Origin: Candidatus Acidiferrum sp.
GTDB lineage: Bacteria > Acidobacteriota > Terriglobia > Acidiferrales > UBA7541
DNA length: 64,000 bases
Reading direction: 5' to 3'
Assembly (NCBI GenBank): GCA_035652855.1
Contig: DASRCZ010000008.1
Location: 14,911-78,910, forward strand
This document shows positions 1 through 10,200 of the stretch, piece by piece (positions within the stretch are counted from its first letter, which is position 1; the number at the start of each line of letters is the position of its first letter). Under the pieces are notes generated by a model, which worked only from the letters and a program-made list of their open reading frames with translations, did not search any database and had not been told where the DNA came from. The position numbers were made by a program, and so were the translations under genes.

Positions 1-32
1 AGTATGCGAATAAGACGGTGGTTTTCGACTAA

Positions 33-48
33 TGGTAGCCGGCTTGCA
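33..48 (+). promoter_or_regulatory. Candidate sigma54 -24/-12 promoter for the cohesin-like gene
   Basis: TGGTAGCCGGCTTGCA: GG-N10-GC with TTGCA, ending ~33 nt before the TTG at 81. Confidence 0.55.
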
Positions 49-80
49 CGCCTGGGACAGAGTTCGATTCGGGGCGACTG

Positions 81-566
81 TTGCGTTTCGCCTTTGCCAC
101 AAGCATAGCGTTGGTTTGCGCCTTCCGGTTATCGGCGCAAAATGCCGTATTATCGATGTCGCCTACGCCCAGCGTAGCCGGGGCCAAAGTGACGATGCCA
201 ATCTCCTTGACCGTTCCGCCGGGAGCGAAAATCGCGGCGCTGCAGTGGTCGCTGATTTATCCGGAAAGCGACATCGTATCCGTGAATGTGGCCGCAGCGG
301 CGGCGGTCCAGATGGTTCACAAAACAGTGGTGTGCTCCGGGAAACGGGGAAGCGCCACGTGTGTGCTATTTGGAATGAATCAGAGTGTCATGCCGGATGG
401 CGTGCTCGTCCAAGTGACATTCGAACTTTCAGAGCAGCCGCATACGTTGATTAACATCGAGTTGAACAACATCGTTGCGGCGACGGCTGTCGGCGGACCG
501 GTTGCGGTCTCAACAGGTTCTGAGCCGAAAATTGTGGTGGCGCCGCGTGCGCCCAGGACCATGTGA
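81..566 (+). CDS. Secreted stand-alone cohesin-like domain protein
   Basis: Signal peptide (..RLSA/Q), then a beta-rich domain GAKVTMPISL..AALQWSLIY..KTVVC..CVLFGMNQSVMPDGVLVQVTF that is clearly homologous to the N-terminal domain of 40510..42033. Confidence 0.7.
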   Translation: MRFAFATSIALVCAFRLSAQNAVLSMSPTPSVAGAKVTMPISLTVPPGAKIAALQWSLIYPESDIVSVNVAAAAAVQMVHKTVVCSGKRGSATCVLFGMNQSVMPDGVLVQVTFELSEQPHTLINIELNNIVAATAVGGPVAVSTGSEPKIVVAPRAPRTM

Positions 567-666
567 CCCGGACTGGATTCTAAATATCAGCGACAGTGGA
601 AACTTGTTCGGACGGCCGCTGGGCGGGTTGCCGCTCAAAGTTCTGTGTTTTGTGTGTATTCGGGTA

Positions 667-682
667 TGGCGCCGAAACTGCT
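667..682 (+). promoter_or_regulatory. Candidate sigma54 promoter
   Basis: TGGCGCCGAAACTGCT, GG-N10-GC, just upstream of ATG 700. Confidence 0.5.
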
Positions 683-699
683 CCAATATTCAACTCCTG

Positions 700-1068
700 A
701 TGTCTCGGCCGGTGCGCAACCTCATATATTCATATTGGATGATGTTGTGTATTGCGCCAGCCGCGTCTGGCGATGTTATACGGTACGCCTCGACCGACTT
801 TTTGGCGAAGGGTCATTGTTGCAGTATGGCAGCGGATCGGCCGTCGATGCGCGTCGATGACTTTCTAGCGGTGACCGACGCGGCCGCCGCTGCCCTGACG
901 GATGAAATGCCGGATGTGCGTTTGCATGGACCCTCATGGCTTTTCTTTTTCATGGCGATTATGGCCTTCATAGCCGCCAAAACCCTGCTGTTCTATCGTC
1001 CGGTGCATCGCGCCACCGTGGCATACGCCCGCCTGTATTGGGCTCTTTTCAACCCATTAGAATTCTAG
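700..1068 (+). CDS. Small hypothetical exported/membrane-anchored protein (start re-called from 475 to 700)
   Basis: Signal-like N-terminus (..LCIAPAASG/DVIRY) and a C-terminal hydrophobic helix WLFFFMAIMAFIAA followed by basic residues; a sigma54-like element lies directly upstream. Confidence 0.45.
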   Translation: MSRPVRNLIYSYWMMLCIAPAASGDVIRYASTDFLAKGHCCSMAADRPSMRVDDFLAVTDAAAAALTDEMPDVRLHGPSWLFFFMAIMAFIAAKTLLFYRPVHRATVAYARLYWALFNPLEF

Positions 1069-1079
1069 CTATAGCTAGA
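1064..1079. repeat. Perfect 16-bp palindrome
   Basis: TCTAGCTATAGCTAGA, overlapping the TAG stop at 1066-1068. Confidence 0.8.
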
Positions 1080-1360
1080 GCTCCGTTTCCATCCATCCCT
1101 TACACGTTCGACACACCCTCTTCAAGATCAGCACGGATCTTGAACACCCAAAGGCCGGCTCACGTCATTCATACGGCGGGAGTGGATCTGGTCAGCCCCG
1201 GCAGTGCTGGAGGGCGCGGAATAATATTCCGCTATCGGATAGAGCAGCGGCCGCTCAGTTCGCACTGGCCATCTGTCGAGCCCCTGCTCGTCGGCGATCT
1301 GCGACGCTTTGAACCCTGGCTTACAGGGGAAAGGAGTTGCCGGATATAACCGTGGCGGCG

Positions 1361-1376
1361 TGGCTCATACTATGCA
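1361..1376 (+). promoter_or_regulatory. Candidate sigma54 promoter
   Basis: TGGCTCATACTATGCA, GG-N10-GC. Confidence 0.55.
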
Positions 1377-1385
1377 CAGGAGCGA

Positions 1386-1514
1386 ATGTTTTTACAGCAA
1401 CGCAGTCAGGAAGTGAGTTGCGCGTGCTGCGTGCTTATCCAGTACATTCAACCCCTTGCGCCCGGAGAGAAGCCAGACAGGCCGTACGGCTCACCGGCGA
1501 GCGCGGCCATCTGA
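1386..1514 (+). CDS. Possible 42-aa small protein (not in ORF track)
   Basis: Hand translation MFLQQRSQEVSCACCVLIQYIQPLAPGEKPDRPYGSPASAAI*; its ATG lies at the predicted start site of the 1361 promoter. Confidence 0.25.
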   Translation: MFLQQRSQEVSCACCVLIQYIQPLAPGEKPDRPYGSPASAAI

Positions 1515-1808
1515 ACTGAATACGCTATACAACAAATCAGGAATTTGCTCCGCTATTTGGGTCGTCGTTACGTCGCCGCGGAGTGGCATACGCTTCAGAC
1601 GCACGGACAAGCGCTGACCTGCTATTTGGCCCCTTATTTGCCCAGTAGTTTATCTCCAACTTGGCAGGATAACGGTGCAGTGAAAGGCCAGCGGGGAAAT
1701 GCCTATCTTCCAACGGTTCGCAGACAGCCTGGTTCTTATTACCTTTTCTTTGGTGTACCGCGCGGCAGTGACGCTGCTGAAGTACCGGAGAGCTGGCTAG
1801 CGTAGCAC

Positions 1809-2711
1809 ATGCTCAATGCATTTACCGTCGATGTAGAAGAATATTTCCACCCGACTGAACTTCAAGCTGATGCTCCGACCAGACGCTGGCGAACATTTCC
1901 CTCCCGGCTCGAAGATCAGATTCGCCGCATCCTGGATTTGCTTCATGCACACAACGTATCCGCAACATTTTTTATCCTGGGCTGGATTGCAAACCGCCAG
2001 CCTGGCATTGTTCGATTGATCGCCAGTTACGGGCACGAGATCGGATGCCACAGCAATACTCACCGGTTGGTCTATACGCTCTCACCGGCTGAATTTCGCG
2101 AAGACACGAATTGCGCAGTGGCGGCAATCGAGGATGCCTGCGGAATCAGCCCCACTTGCTACAGAGCCCCCAGTTACTCGATTACGGACAAATGTCTTTG
2201 GGCTTTCGATATTTTAGCTGAGTGCAATTTTTCTCACGATTCGAGCGTTTATCCCATCTGCCATGATCGATATGGCATTCCCGGCTTCAGTCGCCACGCG
2301 ACCATCGTGCATACGCCGTCCGGTCCGATTCAGGAAATTCCTCCCGCCACCGTTCAGCTCAGCACTCATAATATAGCCCCGATTGGAGGCGGCGCATATT
2401 TTCGCCTTTTGCCGTACAGATATACGGCCGCCGGGATTCGCCGCGTCAATGAGCAAGAAGGTAAGCCCGTGTGCATGTATGTGCATCCGTGGGAGATTGA
2501 TCCGAAGCAGCCGAGGATCGCAAGCGGTTTTCTTTCGCGCTTGCGGACCTACGCCGGTCTGGGTTCTGTCGAACGCAAACTGAATCGCTTGCTCTCCGAC
2601 TTCCGGTTTCGTTCTATCGGAGAGATCTATCCCGCAATAGCCGATGGCGGTTCACATCATGAAACGTCGTCAAACTGTGGTCATAGTGTGGCGATCGGAT
2701 CAGCCGGCTGA
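1809..2711 (+). CDS. Polysaccharide deacetylase, PEP-CTERM/XrtA-system type (CE4 + DUF3473)
   Basis: NAFTVDVEEYFH, ATFFILGW, HEIGCHSNTH, YRAPSYSI, GGGAYFRLLPY, YVHPWEIDP. Confidence 0.92.
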   Translation: MLNAFTVDVEEYFHPTELQADAPTRRWRTFPSRLEDQIRRILDLLHAHNVSATFFILGWIANRQPGIVRLIASYGHEIGCHSNTHRLVYTLSPAEFREDTNCAVAAIEDACGISPTCYRAPSYSITDKCLWAFDILAECNFSHDSSVYPICHDRYGIPGFSRHATIVHTPSGPIQEIPPATVQLSTHNIAPIGGGAYFRLLPYRYTAAGIRRVNEQEGKPVCMYVHPWEIDPKQPRIASGFLSRLRTYAGLGSVERKLNRLLSDFRFRSIGEIYPAIADGGSHHETSSNCGHSVAIGSAG

Positions 2712-2753
2712 AATGAGCCGCGCTCTATTCTCTGCCTCATAGCATCGTAGTAA

Positions 2754-2769
2754 TGGTAATGCACTTGCC
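2754..2769 (+). promoter_or_regulatory. Candidate sigma54 promoter for cusBA
   Basis: TGGTAATGCACTTGCC, GG-N10-GC, ~58 nt before ATG 2827. Confidence 0.55.
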
Positions 2770-2826
2770 GTAAGTCGTTTGCCGCATTCCAGCCGCCTCG
2801 CTAGCGAATGTCGGAGCTGAATCGAC

Positions 2827-3891
2827 ATGAAGACGGTCATAGTACTGGTTCCGATCGCCGTTTTGGGGTTCAGTGTATGGATAAGCATCCCTCGCACTTT
2901 CCATCCTCCGGCGGCAATCGCCGCCGCATATCGGTGCCCCATGCATCCCGCATACATACAAAACGCACCGGGCAACTGCCCGGTATGTGGAATGCTTCTG
3001 ACGCCGACGGGCGCTTATCGAGAAAGTGATAAAAGCCTTGCAAGCAGTGGGCGGGCGCCCGTGACAGTCCGTCCGGAATATCAGCGTACGCTAGGCATCC
3101 GTGTCGCCGAGGTTCACGAAGTGGCGCTCGAAAAGACGATCCGAGCAGTCGGCCACGTCTACTTCGGCGCGCCGTCCAGATTCGCTTCCGAACAGGCGGG
3201 CGCTGTGCGTGAAGTGTATCGCACAATTAGCGCTGTCGGCGGTCCACGGCTGCGCCGTGCAGATGCAATATTGTCGTTATCTACTTCATCTGCTTCAGAC
3301 TTGCGGATATCGGAGGTCACGATCGTTCGCGCCCTCAAACCTCTTGTTCTCTTGTCTGTACCGCAACCAGGGCAGCGCGTTGAGAAAGGAAACGACCTAT
3401 ATACATATGTTGATCTGTCTCTTCTTTCCGTCCTGGCCGATATCAGAACCCCCGATATGCAGTTCGCAAAGATCGGCGCGCCCGCGTATGCGACATTGCC
3501 GTCGCACCCTGGAAAGGTGTGGCGCGGCAGGATTCGTGAAGCCACCCAGCAGTTCGATGAACGGACGCAGACGCTACGAGTAAAAGTGGATTTCCCGAAT
3601 GGCGAAGCCGATATCTGGCCCGGCATGATTGCCAATGTGGAGTTGCGCTGTCCAGTCCGGCGGGCGCTTGCCATACCCGAAAGCGCTGTTATCGAAAATG
3701 GCGAAACGGCAATCGTTTTCGTCGCAAAGCCGGGCGATCTGTTTGAGCCCAAACCGGTTGAGCTCGGGCTGCGCGCCAACGGCGTAGCCGAGATTCGACG
3801 CGGATTGCAGAGCGGAGAACGCGTCGTCGCTTCGGCAACGTTCCTGATCGATGCCGAATCGCAATTGCGCGCTGCGGCAATTACACGTTGA
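2827..3891 (+). CDS. cusB: CusB-like RND periplasmic adaptor with N-terminal heavy-metal-binding domain; unusually short
   Basis: YRCPMHP..PGNCPVCGM, DLSLLSV, TQTLRVKV, PGMIANV, LAIPESAVI, GLQSGERVVASATFLIDAES; directly upstream of cusA. Confidence 0.88.
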   Translation: MKTVIVLVPIAVLGFSVWISIPRTFHPPAAIAAAYRCPMHPAYIQNAPGNCPVCGMLLTPTGAYRESDKSLASSGRAPVTVRPEYQRTLGIRVAEVHEVALEKTIRAVGHVYFGAPSRFASEQAGAVREVYRTISAVGGPRLRRADAILSLSTSSASDLRISEVTIVRALKPLVLLSVPQPGQRVEKGNDLYTYVDLSLLSVLADIRTPDMQFAKIGAPAYATLPSHPGKVWRGRIREATQQFDERTQTLRVKVDFPNGEADIWPGMIANVELRCPVRRALAIPESAVIENGETAIVFVAKPGDLFEPKPVELGLRANGVAEIRRGLQSGERVVASATFLIDAESQLRAAAITR

Positions 3892-3913
3892 GTGCTGACC
3901 TGAGCTCGTCCTG

Positions 3914-6900
3914 ATGCTTGCCTCCATTGTTCGCTGGTCGGCTACGCACCGTTTCATCGTCATTGCAAGCTGGTGTCTCATTGCGGCGGTTGGAGTCTGG
4001 ACACTGCCCCGGCAGCGGGTCGACGCTCTCCCCGACGTTTCGGATACCCAAGTCATCGTGTATGCGAACTGGGCTCAGCCGGCTGAGCTGGTGGAAGCGC
4101 AGGTTACGTATCCGCTTACGATGGCTCTCCTGGGCGCCCTGCAAGTGAAGACGGTTCGCGGGTACACGGAATCCGGGTATGCCCTGATATATGTGATTTT
4201 TGACGACGGCGCGGACTTTTTCCGGGCCCGACAAAAGGTATCAGAGGCGTTGTCGAGAACCGGTTCATTACTGCCGGCAGACGCGCGTGTGGAAATAGGG
4301 CCCGAGGCGACCAGCGTCGGTTGGGTCTTCCAATATGCGCTCATCGATTCTGCTGGAAGGCGGTCGCTTGCGGATCTCAGGGCGCTCCAGGACTTCCAGT
4401 TGCAACCCGCGCTCAAAGCGACGCCTGGCGTCGCGGAAGTCGCCAGCGTCGGTGGCTTTGAAAGGGAATACCAGGTTACCGTTGATCCCACCTTTCTGGA
4501 AGACAACGACATTTCTCTTAAGGCTGTTGTCGAAGCCGTCCGCAAATCCAATGCTAATGCCGGCGCGCGGGTAATCGAGTTTTCAGACCGGCGATACACG
4601 GTGCGCGGCCTTGGGCTGGCGCATAGTATTGAAGATCTGGAGCGGATTGTCGTTCATCCGGATCATCCCTACAAAGTGGAAATGGGATTAGCGCCTGCGC
4701 CTGTGTTGCTTCGTGACATTGCGCACGTGGAAGCCGTTCCGCAGACGCGCTGGGGTATAGCCGATCTCGACGGCGCCGGAGAAGTCGTGGGCGGGATTGT
4801 GGTCATGCGCGCTGGTGAGAACGCGTCAGAAACCGTCCGCCGTGTGAAAGAACGGCTCCACGCATTCGAACGGTCCCTACCGGCCGGAGTGCGTATTGTA
4901 ACGACGTACGATCGCTCGGACCTGATCAAACGGTCGCTCGCAACGTTTCGTAATGAGTTGCTGCTGGCCGCATGCGTGGTTGCGCTCGTCATTATCATTT
5001 CATTGCAACATTTTCCATCCGCGATTGCGGCCGTGGCGATTATCCCGGCAACGCTGCTCATTGCGATGGGACCGATGTACTGGCTCGGCGTGAATCTGAA
5101 TATTATGTCGCTGGCCGCAATGGTTCTCTCGACCGGCGTGCTGGTGGATGGAGCCATTATCGAAGTGGAAAATTCGCACCGGCGGCTGAGTATGGCTGGC
5201 GTTGCAGGCGACGCGCGCCCTGTTCTGATTGAAGCCATGCAGGAGGTAGTTCCTGCCGTATTCTTGTCGTTGCTCGCAATCGCGGTGACGTTCCTGCCCG
5301 TATTTGCGCTCACGGGTCAGGAGGGGCGCTTGTTCCGGCCCATGGCAGCCGCGAAAACGATCGTGATGGCCGCAGCCGCGGCTCTGTCGCTGACGTTTGC
5401 CCCCGCCTTGCGCAGCGTCTTCAGCCGCTTGAACCCTATTGTATTTCGGCCGCGATGGCTCGCTTCCATAGCCAACTCCATGCTGGTCGGCGCGTACCGG
5501 CGGGAAGGGCAATCGCATCTATGGCGTACGCTGTACGCCATATATGAGCGAGTATTACGTCGTGTTCTCCTGTATCCCAAGACAACGATTGCAATCGCGA
5601 TTGTGCTGATGGCCGGTACGGCTCCACTGTACTTCCGGCTTGGCCGCGAATGGGCGCCGTCATTAAACGAAGAAACTCTCCTCTACATGCCGACTACGCT
5701 GCCCGGCATCCCCGTCAGTGAGGCCGCGCAGCTGCTCCATAGACAGGATGCCGTGCTGCGAGGCTTCCCAGAGGTGGCGAGCGTTTTTGGCAAGGCGGGT
5801 CGGGCGGCGACCTCGACAGATCCGGCGCCCCTCAACATGATCGAGACCACCGTCGTGTTAAAACCGCGCGAGCAGTGGCGGGAACGGCATCGCTGGTATT
5901 CCGGCTGGTCGCCGGAATGGTTGAAGGACTTGCTGTTCCGGCGCTTCGCCAGCGACCGGATCACGTATGACGAACTGCTCGCCGAAATGAATCGCGCGAC
6001 CGCGTTGCCCGGCCTGGTGAACTCCTGGACGATGCCGGTGCGCGGGCGCGCCGAGATGCTCACGACAGGCGCGCGGACGCCCTTGGCGGTGAAGGTTCTC
6101 GGACCAGATGCGCGCGCGGCGGAACGGATCGCCCGGCAGGTGGAAGCACGGCTGAAACCAGTTGCTGGAACGCGTTCGGTGTTTGCAGAACGTGCGCAGG
6201 AAGGATATTACCTCGATATTGACGTTGATCGCGACAAGCTGGCAGCGTATGGACTGCAAATGACGGACGTCCAGGATGTGATCCACTGCGCAATTGGCGG
6301 CGCGGAGGCGACGCGTCTCTTCGATGGCCGGGCGCAATATCCGGTAACCGTCCGATATCCGAAGAAATTTCGGGACAGCGTCGCAGAAATCGAGCGCATT
6401 ACGATTCTCAACAGCAGCGGAGAGCATGTTCCGCTAGGCGCAATTGCGCATATCCGCCCAACGCGCGGGCCCGGGATGCTGCGCACCGAAGGCGCTATGT
6501 TTGCGTCGTACGTATACATAGATACGGATTCTGATGACATCGGGACGTATGTTTCAAAAGCGCAGGCGGTCATGAACACGATCGCCACGCCTCCCGGATG
6601 CTGGCTCGAATGGGCGGGCGAGTTCGAAAACATGCTGCGCGCGAAGGCGCAGCTACGAATCGTGGCGCCGGCGACGCTTGCGCTGTTGATAGCGGTGCTG
6701 TATCTGAACACGAAATCGTTTGTAAGGACCGGTGTTGTGCTGTTGGCGGTCCCGTTTTCGCTTGTGGGCGCGCTGTGGATGATGTATGCGCTCGGCTATC
6801 ATGTTTCCATCGCCGCTTGGGTTGGAATGATCGCGTTAATGGGGCTGGATGCAGAAACGGGCGTATTCATGTTGCTGTTCATCGACCTCGCATACAGCGC

Positions 6901-7207
6901 CGCACGCCGCAACAACGCCGTAAAAACGTCTGCCGAGCTGAAAGACGCGATTATCGACGGAGCGGCAAAGAGGATGCGGCCGAAACTGATGACCGTAACA
7001 GCCGCTGTCGTCGGACTGTTGCCAACTCTGGTTTCGACCGGCACGGGATCTGAAATTGCGAAACGAATTGTCGCCCCCATGGTGGGGGGCTTGCTAGCCT
7101 CATTTGCGCTTGAGCTTCTCGTCTATCCTGCCGTTTACTACTTGTGGAAGCAGCCTCGCCCCGTCAGTGAGCCTAAAAGCGCGCTTGCGGCAAAGCGTCA
7201 CTACTGA
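3914..7207 (+). CDS. cusA: CusA/SilA-type Cu(I)/Ag(I) HME-RND transporter
   Basis: DALPDVSDTQVI, VTYPLT, GPEATSVGWVFQY; three-Met site motifs LLYMPTTLPG, DPAPLNMIET and RAEMLTTG; proton-relay motifs VDGAII, DAETG and RPKLMT. Confidence 0.95.
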   Translation: MLASIVRWSATHRFIVIASWCLIAAVGVWTLPRQRVDALPDVSDTQVIVYANWAQPAELVEAQVTYPLTMALLGALQVKTVRGYTESGYALIYVIFDDGADFFRARQKVSEALSRTGSLLPADARVEIGPEATSVGWVFQYALIDSAGRRSLADLRALQDFQLQPALKATPGVAEVASVGGFEREYQVTVDPTFLEDNDISLKAVVEAVRKSNANAGARVIEFSDRRYTVRGLGLAHSIEDLERIVVHPDHPYKVEMGLAPAPVLLRDIAHVEAVPQTRWGIADLDGAGEVVGGIVVMRAGENASETVRRVKERLHAFERSLPAGVRIVTTYDRSDLIKRSLATFRNELLLAACVVALVIIISLQHFPSAIAAVAIIPATLLIAMGPMYWLGVNLNIMSLAAMVLSTGVLVDGAIIEVENSHRRLSMAGVAGDARPVLIEAMQEVVPAVFLSLLAIAVTFLPVFALTGQEGRLFRPMAAAKTIVMAAAAALSLTFAPALRSVFSRLNPIVFRPRWLASIANSMLVGAYRREGQSHLWRTLYAIYERVLRRVLLYPKTTIAIAIVLMAGTAPLYFRLGREWAPSLNEETLLYMPTTLPGIPVSEAAQLLHRQDAVLRGFPEVASVFGKAGRAATSTDPAPLNMIETTVVLKPREQWRERHRWYSGWSPEWLKDLLFRRFASDRITYDELLAEMNRATALPGLVNSWTMPVRGRAEMLTTGARTPLAVKVLGPDARAAERIARQVEARLKPVAGTRSVFAERAQEGYYLDIDVDRDKLAAYGLQMTDVQDVIHCAIGGAEATRLFDGRAQYPVTVRYPKKFRDSVAEIERITILNSSGEHVPLGAIAHIRPTRGPGMLRTEGAMFASYVYIDTDSDDIGTYVSKAQAVMNTIATPPGCWLEWAGEFENMLRAKAQLRIVAPATLALLIAVLYLNTKSFVRTGVVLLAVPFSLVGALWMMYALGYHVSIAAWVGMIALMGLDAETGVFMLLFIDLAYSAARRNNAVKTSAELKDAIIDGAAKRMRPKLMTVTAAVVGLLPTLVSTGTGSEIAKRIVAPMVGGLLASFALELLVYPAVYYLWKQPRPVSEPKSALAAKRHY

Positions 7208-10200
7208 ATCTGCACGAAGGGAGCGACCGAGGGCACGCCATTGCTGTTGACGAGGAACAGCATATAGTAGCCCGGAGGCGCAAGGTTCCCGTTCGCTGGG
7301 GCGGATATCGTGAGCCCGCCCGCAGTTTGTTGAAATGCTAAAGGCACGAACCGAGCATTCTCATCGAAGAAGTGCGTCACCGCTCCGGTCCGGATCAATA
7401 CCGCGCTGGCAATGCTTGCAGCATCAGGCGTGCCGACGAAAAATGTGGAACCGTATTGGATTTGCGCCGGCGCCTGGGTAATCGCTGGCCGCGCGCCCTT
7501 GAACAGGTAGGGCGGCGAGAAGAACTCTGCATTCTTCTCGTCTGGAACCTGGCCGAAATCGGAGCCCATGCCGGACACCAGCACGCGGCCATCTGGCAGC
7601 AACACTGCCGTTGAGTGGTATTCGCGCGGAGTGTGCATCGACGCCATCGTGGTCCAGGTCTGCGTCTGAGGCGACCACAATTCCGCCGCATATACTGCAT
7701 TTGCGATGTTCCCGCCGTTTTTATCTGTTTCGCCGCCGGTCGCCAGAACTGTTCCGTCCGGCAACGTCGTAAGGTTCAGAAAGCTTCGCGGATAAACCAT
7801 CGAAGGGGTCTGCTGCCATTTCGGCGAGGGCTGCGTCATATCGAGCACATACGTGGTGTTTGTCGATGCGCCCACGTCCTGACTGTCAGCCGCGCTGCCG
7901 GCTTTCATGATTTTCCCCGGCACATACATGGCGGAACTTCCGCCATCAACAATGTTCGGGTCGACAACTGACCAGGACTGCGTATTTAAGTCAAGAATAT
8001 CCGTCACCACGGCATATTCGGATCCACCAACGTGAATCACCCGGCCATCCGGCAGCAAATACATGAAGGGGTACGTTTCGAACGGATTGTAGGCGTTGGG
8101 CAGTTGGGTCCATTTATTCGTGACCGGATCATAAATCTCAGGAACTCCGGCGTTGGTATGACTTGCGGTCTGCCATCCGGCCGTCACCAGAACACGGCCG
8201 TCTGAAAGCGTTGTCGCCGTCGGATACCAGCGTTTGTACGCCATGTTCGGAACCGCGGTCCATTTGTTCGTCGATGGATCGAAGATTTCCGCATTTGCGA
8301 TTCCGATATTGCTGCCGCTTCCGCCGTAGCCGCCAGCGACGAGAACACGCCCGTCGGCGAGCAGAGCGTGGCCGGAGCAAAAGAGATCTGCGGACGTCGG
8401 AATATTCTGAAAGGTGTTATTGATGTAATCCCAGACCGTCGGCGTCATGCCGTCCTGATACAGCAGGACTTTGTTGTTGTTCAGCAGAATTAGGTTTACC
8501 GCAACGGTGGGAATGTTTACCACAGACGACCAGCTGCCCATCACGGCTGGATTTCCTGAGCGGTCCACGGTGATGGAAACAGCGGCGGACATCGCCGTAT
8601 TTCCGGCAGTGTCCCGCGCCCGGGCCGTTATCGTGTGCTGCCCATTGGCAACAGTGCTGGTATCCCAAACCATTGAGTACGGAGGGGTGGTTACTTCCGA
8701 CCCGAGCTGAGCGCCGTCGAGGAAAAACTGTACGCCGGCGACGGATGCGTTATCGGAGGCTACGGCCCAAAGTGTAGATGAGGTGGTCACAATGCCGCCC
8801 TGGGCCGGCGCGATGACGGACACAGTCGGCGGCGTGGCGTCAGGGACTCCGGAAGCGGCCGGCAGGACTTCGCAGAGACTGAGATTCCACCGGTCCGAAG
8901 TCGGCGAGGTATCGTTGATGCTGACCGTTGCTCCGGCTGCCGGAGTTGGACTATTCTGCATCTGCACCCAATATGTGTCGCCGGCCGGCGTCAAATATTG
9001 GTGAACAATACTCTGGCCGGTTCCTGCCGTCCGACCGACCGCTCTGTCGTAGTCGTTGCCGACGCCAAAGACCCAGGAATTGTTGCGAGTCGTCACGAGC
9101 GAGGCGCCCGGCGCCCCTGACGCGGCGTTCTTGCTTGCGATGGCGCCGATCGCTCCAGAACCGTTTGCCCCTGACGTATCCGCGCCAGTGAAACTGACCA
9201 CCGTGATCGAGGAGATAACGCTTTGCGACAACGAAGCGGTTACCGAAATATTGCTCAGCGGCCCGGCCGCAAATGCGCGCCAGATTTCGGATGTGCCGGC
9301 CTGCCCATTTGACCGAACTACGAGATTCCAGGTCAGTCCGCCGCCAGAAACGCTAGTGACTGTCGTGTTCGCGCCAGCGAGATAGTCAGTTGCAATGAAG
9401 GCCAACAGTAGCTCGTTGCCCACAGTGGTCGAGAATGCCGGACTGGTAATACTGGGCGCAGCCGCGGTCCCATCCGTTGAAACCTTAATGTCAATGCCGA
9501 GCGAACCCACGGATGCTGTCTGAGCTGTGAAATTCACGCCCGACACGTTTGCGTTGGAAACTGTTGCTGATTGAGACGCTGGCATCATCGTATAGCCCGC
9601 TTTCGAGGGCGTTACTGTATAGGCGCCATTTGCGAGACCAGTAAAACTGTAATTGCCTGCAGCATCCGCCGTAGTGGTCGCTTTTGCGGCGCCATTCAGC
9701 GTTACCGTGGCGGATGCTCCGGCTGAAGCCGGGCTGATGGTTCCGGAAATGCTCCAGGTGGGTATCGCCGTGGCAGTAAAATTGATCGCAGTCGCGTTGG
9801 CGCCATTAATCGTAAGGGACTGGCTGACTGGGTCGAAGGTATAGCCATTCTTGGCGGGCGTTACGGTATAGTTTCCATCCGGCGCGCCGCTAAAGCTATA
9901 ATTTCCGGATGCATCGGCTGTAGTCGTTGCGCTCGCGGCGCCGGTTAGAGTGATCGTTGCGCCGCTCCCCGCAGCGCTGGGAGTAATTGAGCCCGAAATG
10001 CTCCACGTCTGGGTTGCGACCGCCGGCGGTAAAATCTCGCAGACGGCCAGATTCCACCGATCAGACGTCGGTGCGGCGTCATTGATCGTGACGGTCGCCC
10101 CGCTTATCGGCGTCGGCGCATTCTGCATCTGAACCCAGTAGGTGTCTCCCGCTGGCGTGAGATATTGGTGAACCAGCGATTGCCCGGCCGGGACAGTCCG

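Noticed and set aside
32-699. ORF 32..454 and the 475 start of the 197-aa ORF
   Set aside because: They overlap the better-supported cohesin gene and sigma54-like elements and have no recognisable motifs.
2840-2845. TAGTAC inside the start of cusB
   Set aside because: A single hexamer in coding DNA is expected by chance; not counted with the intergenic clusters.
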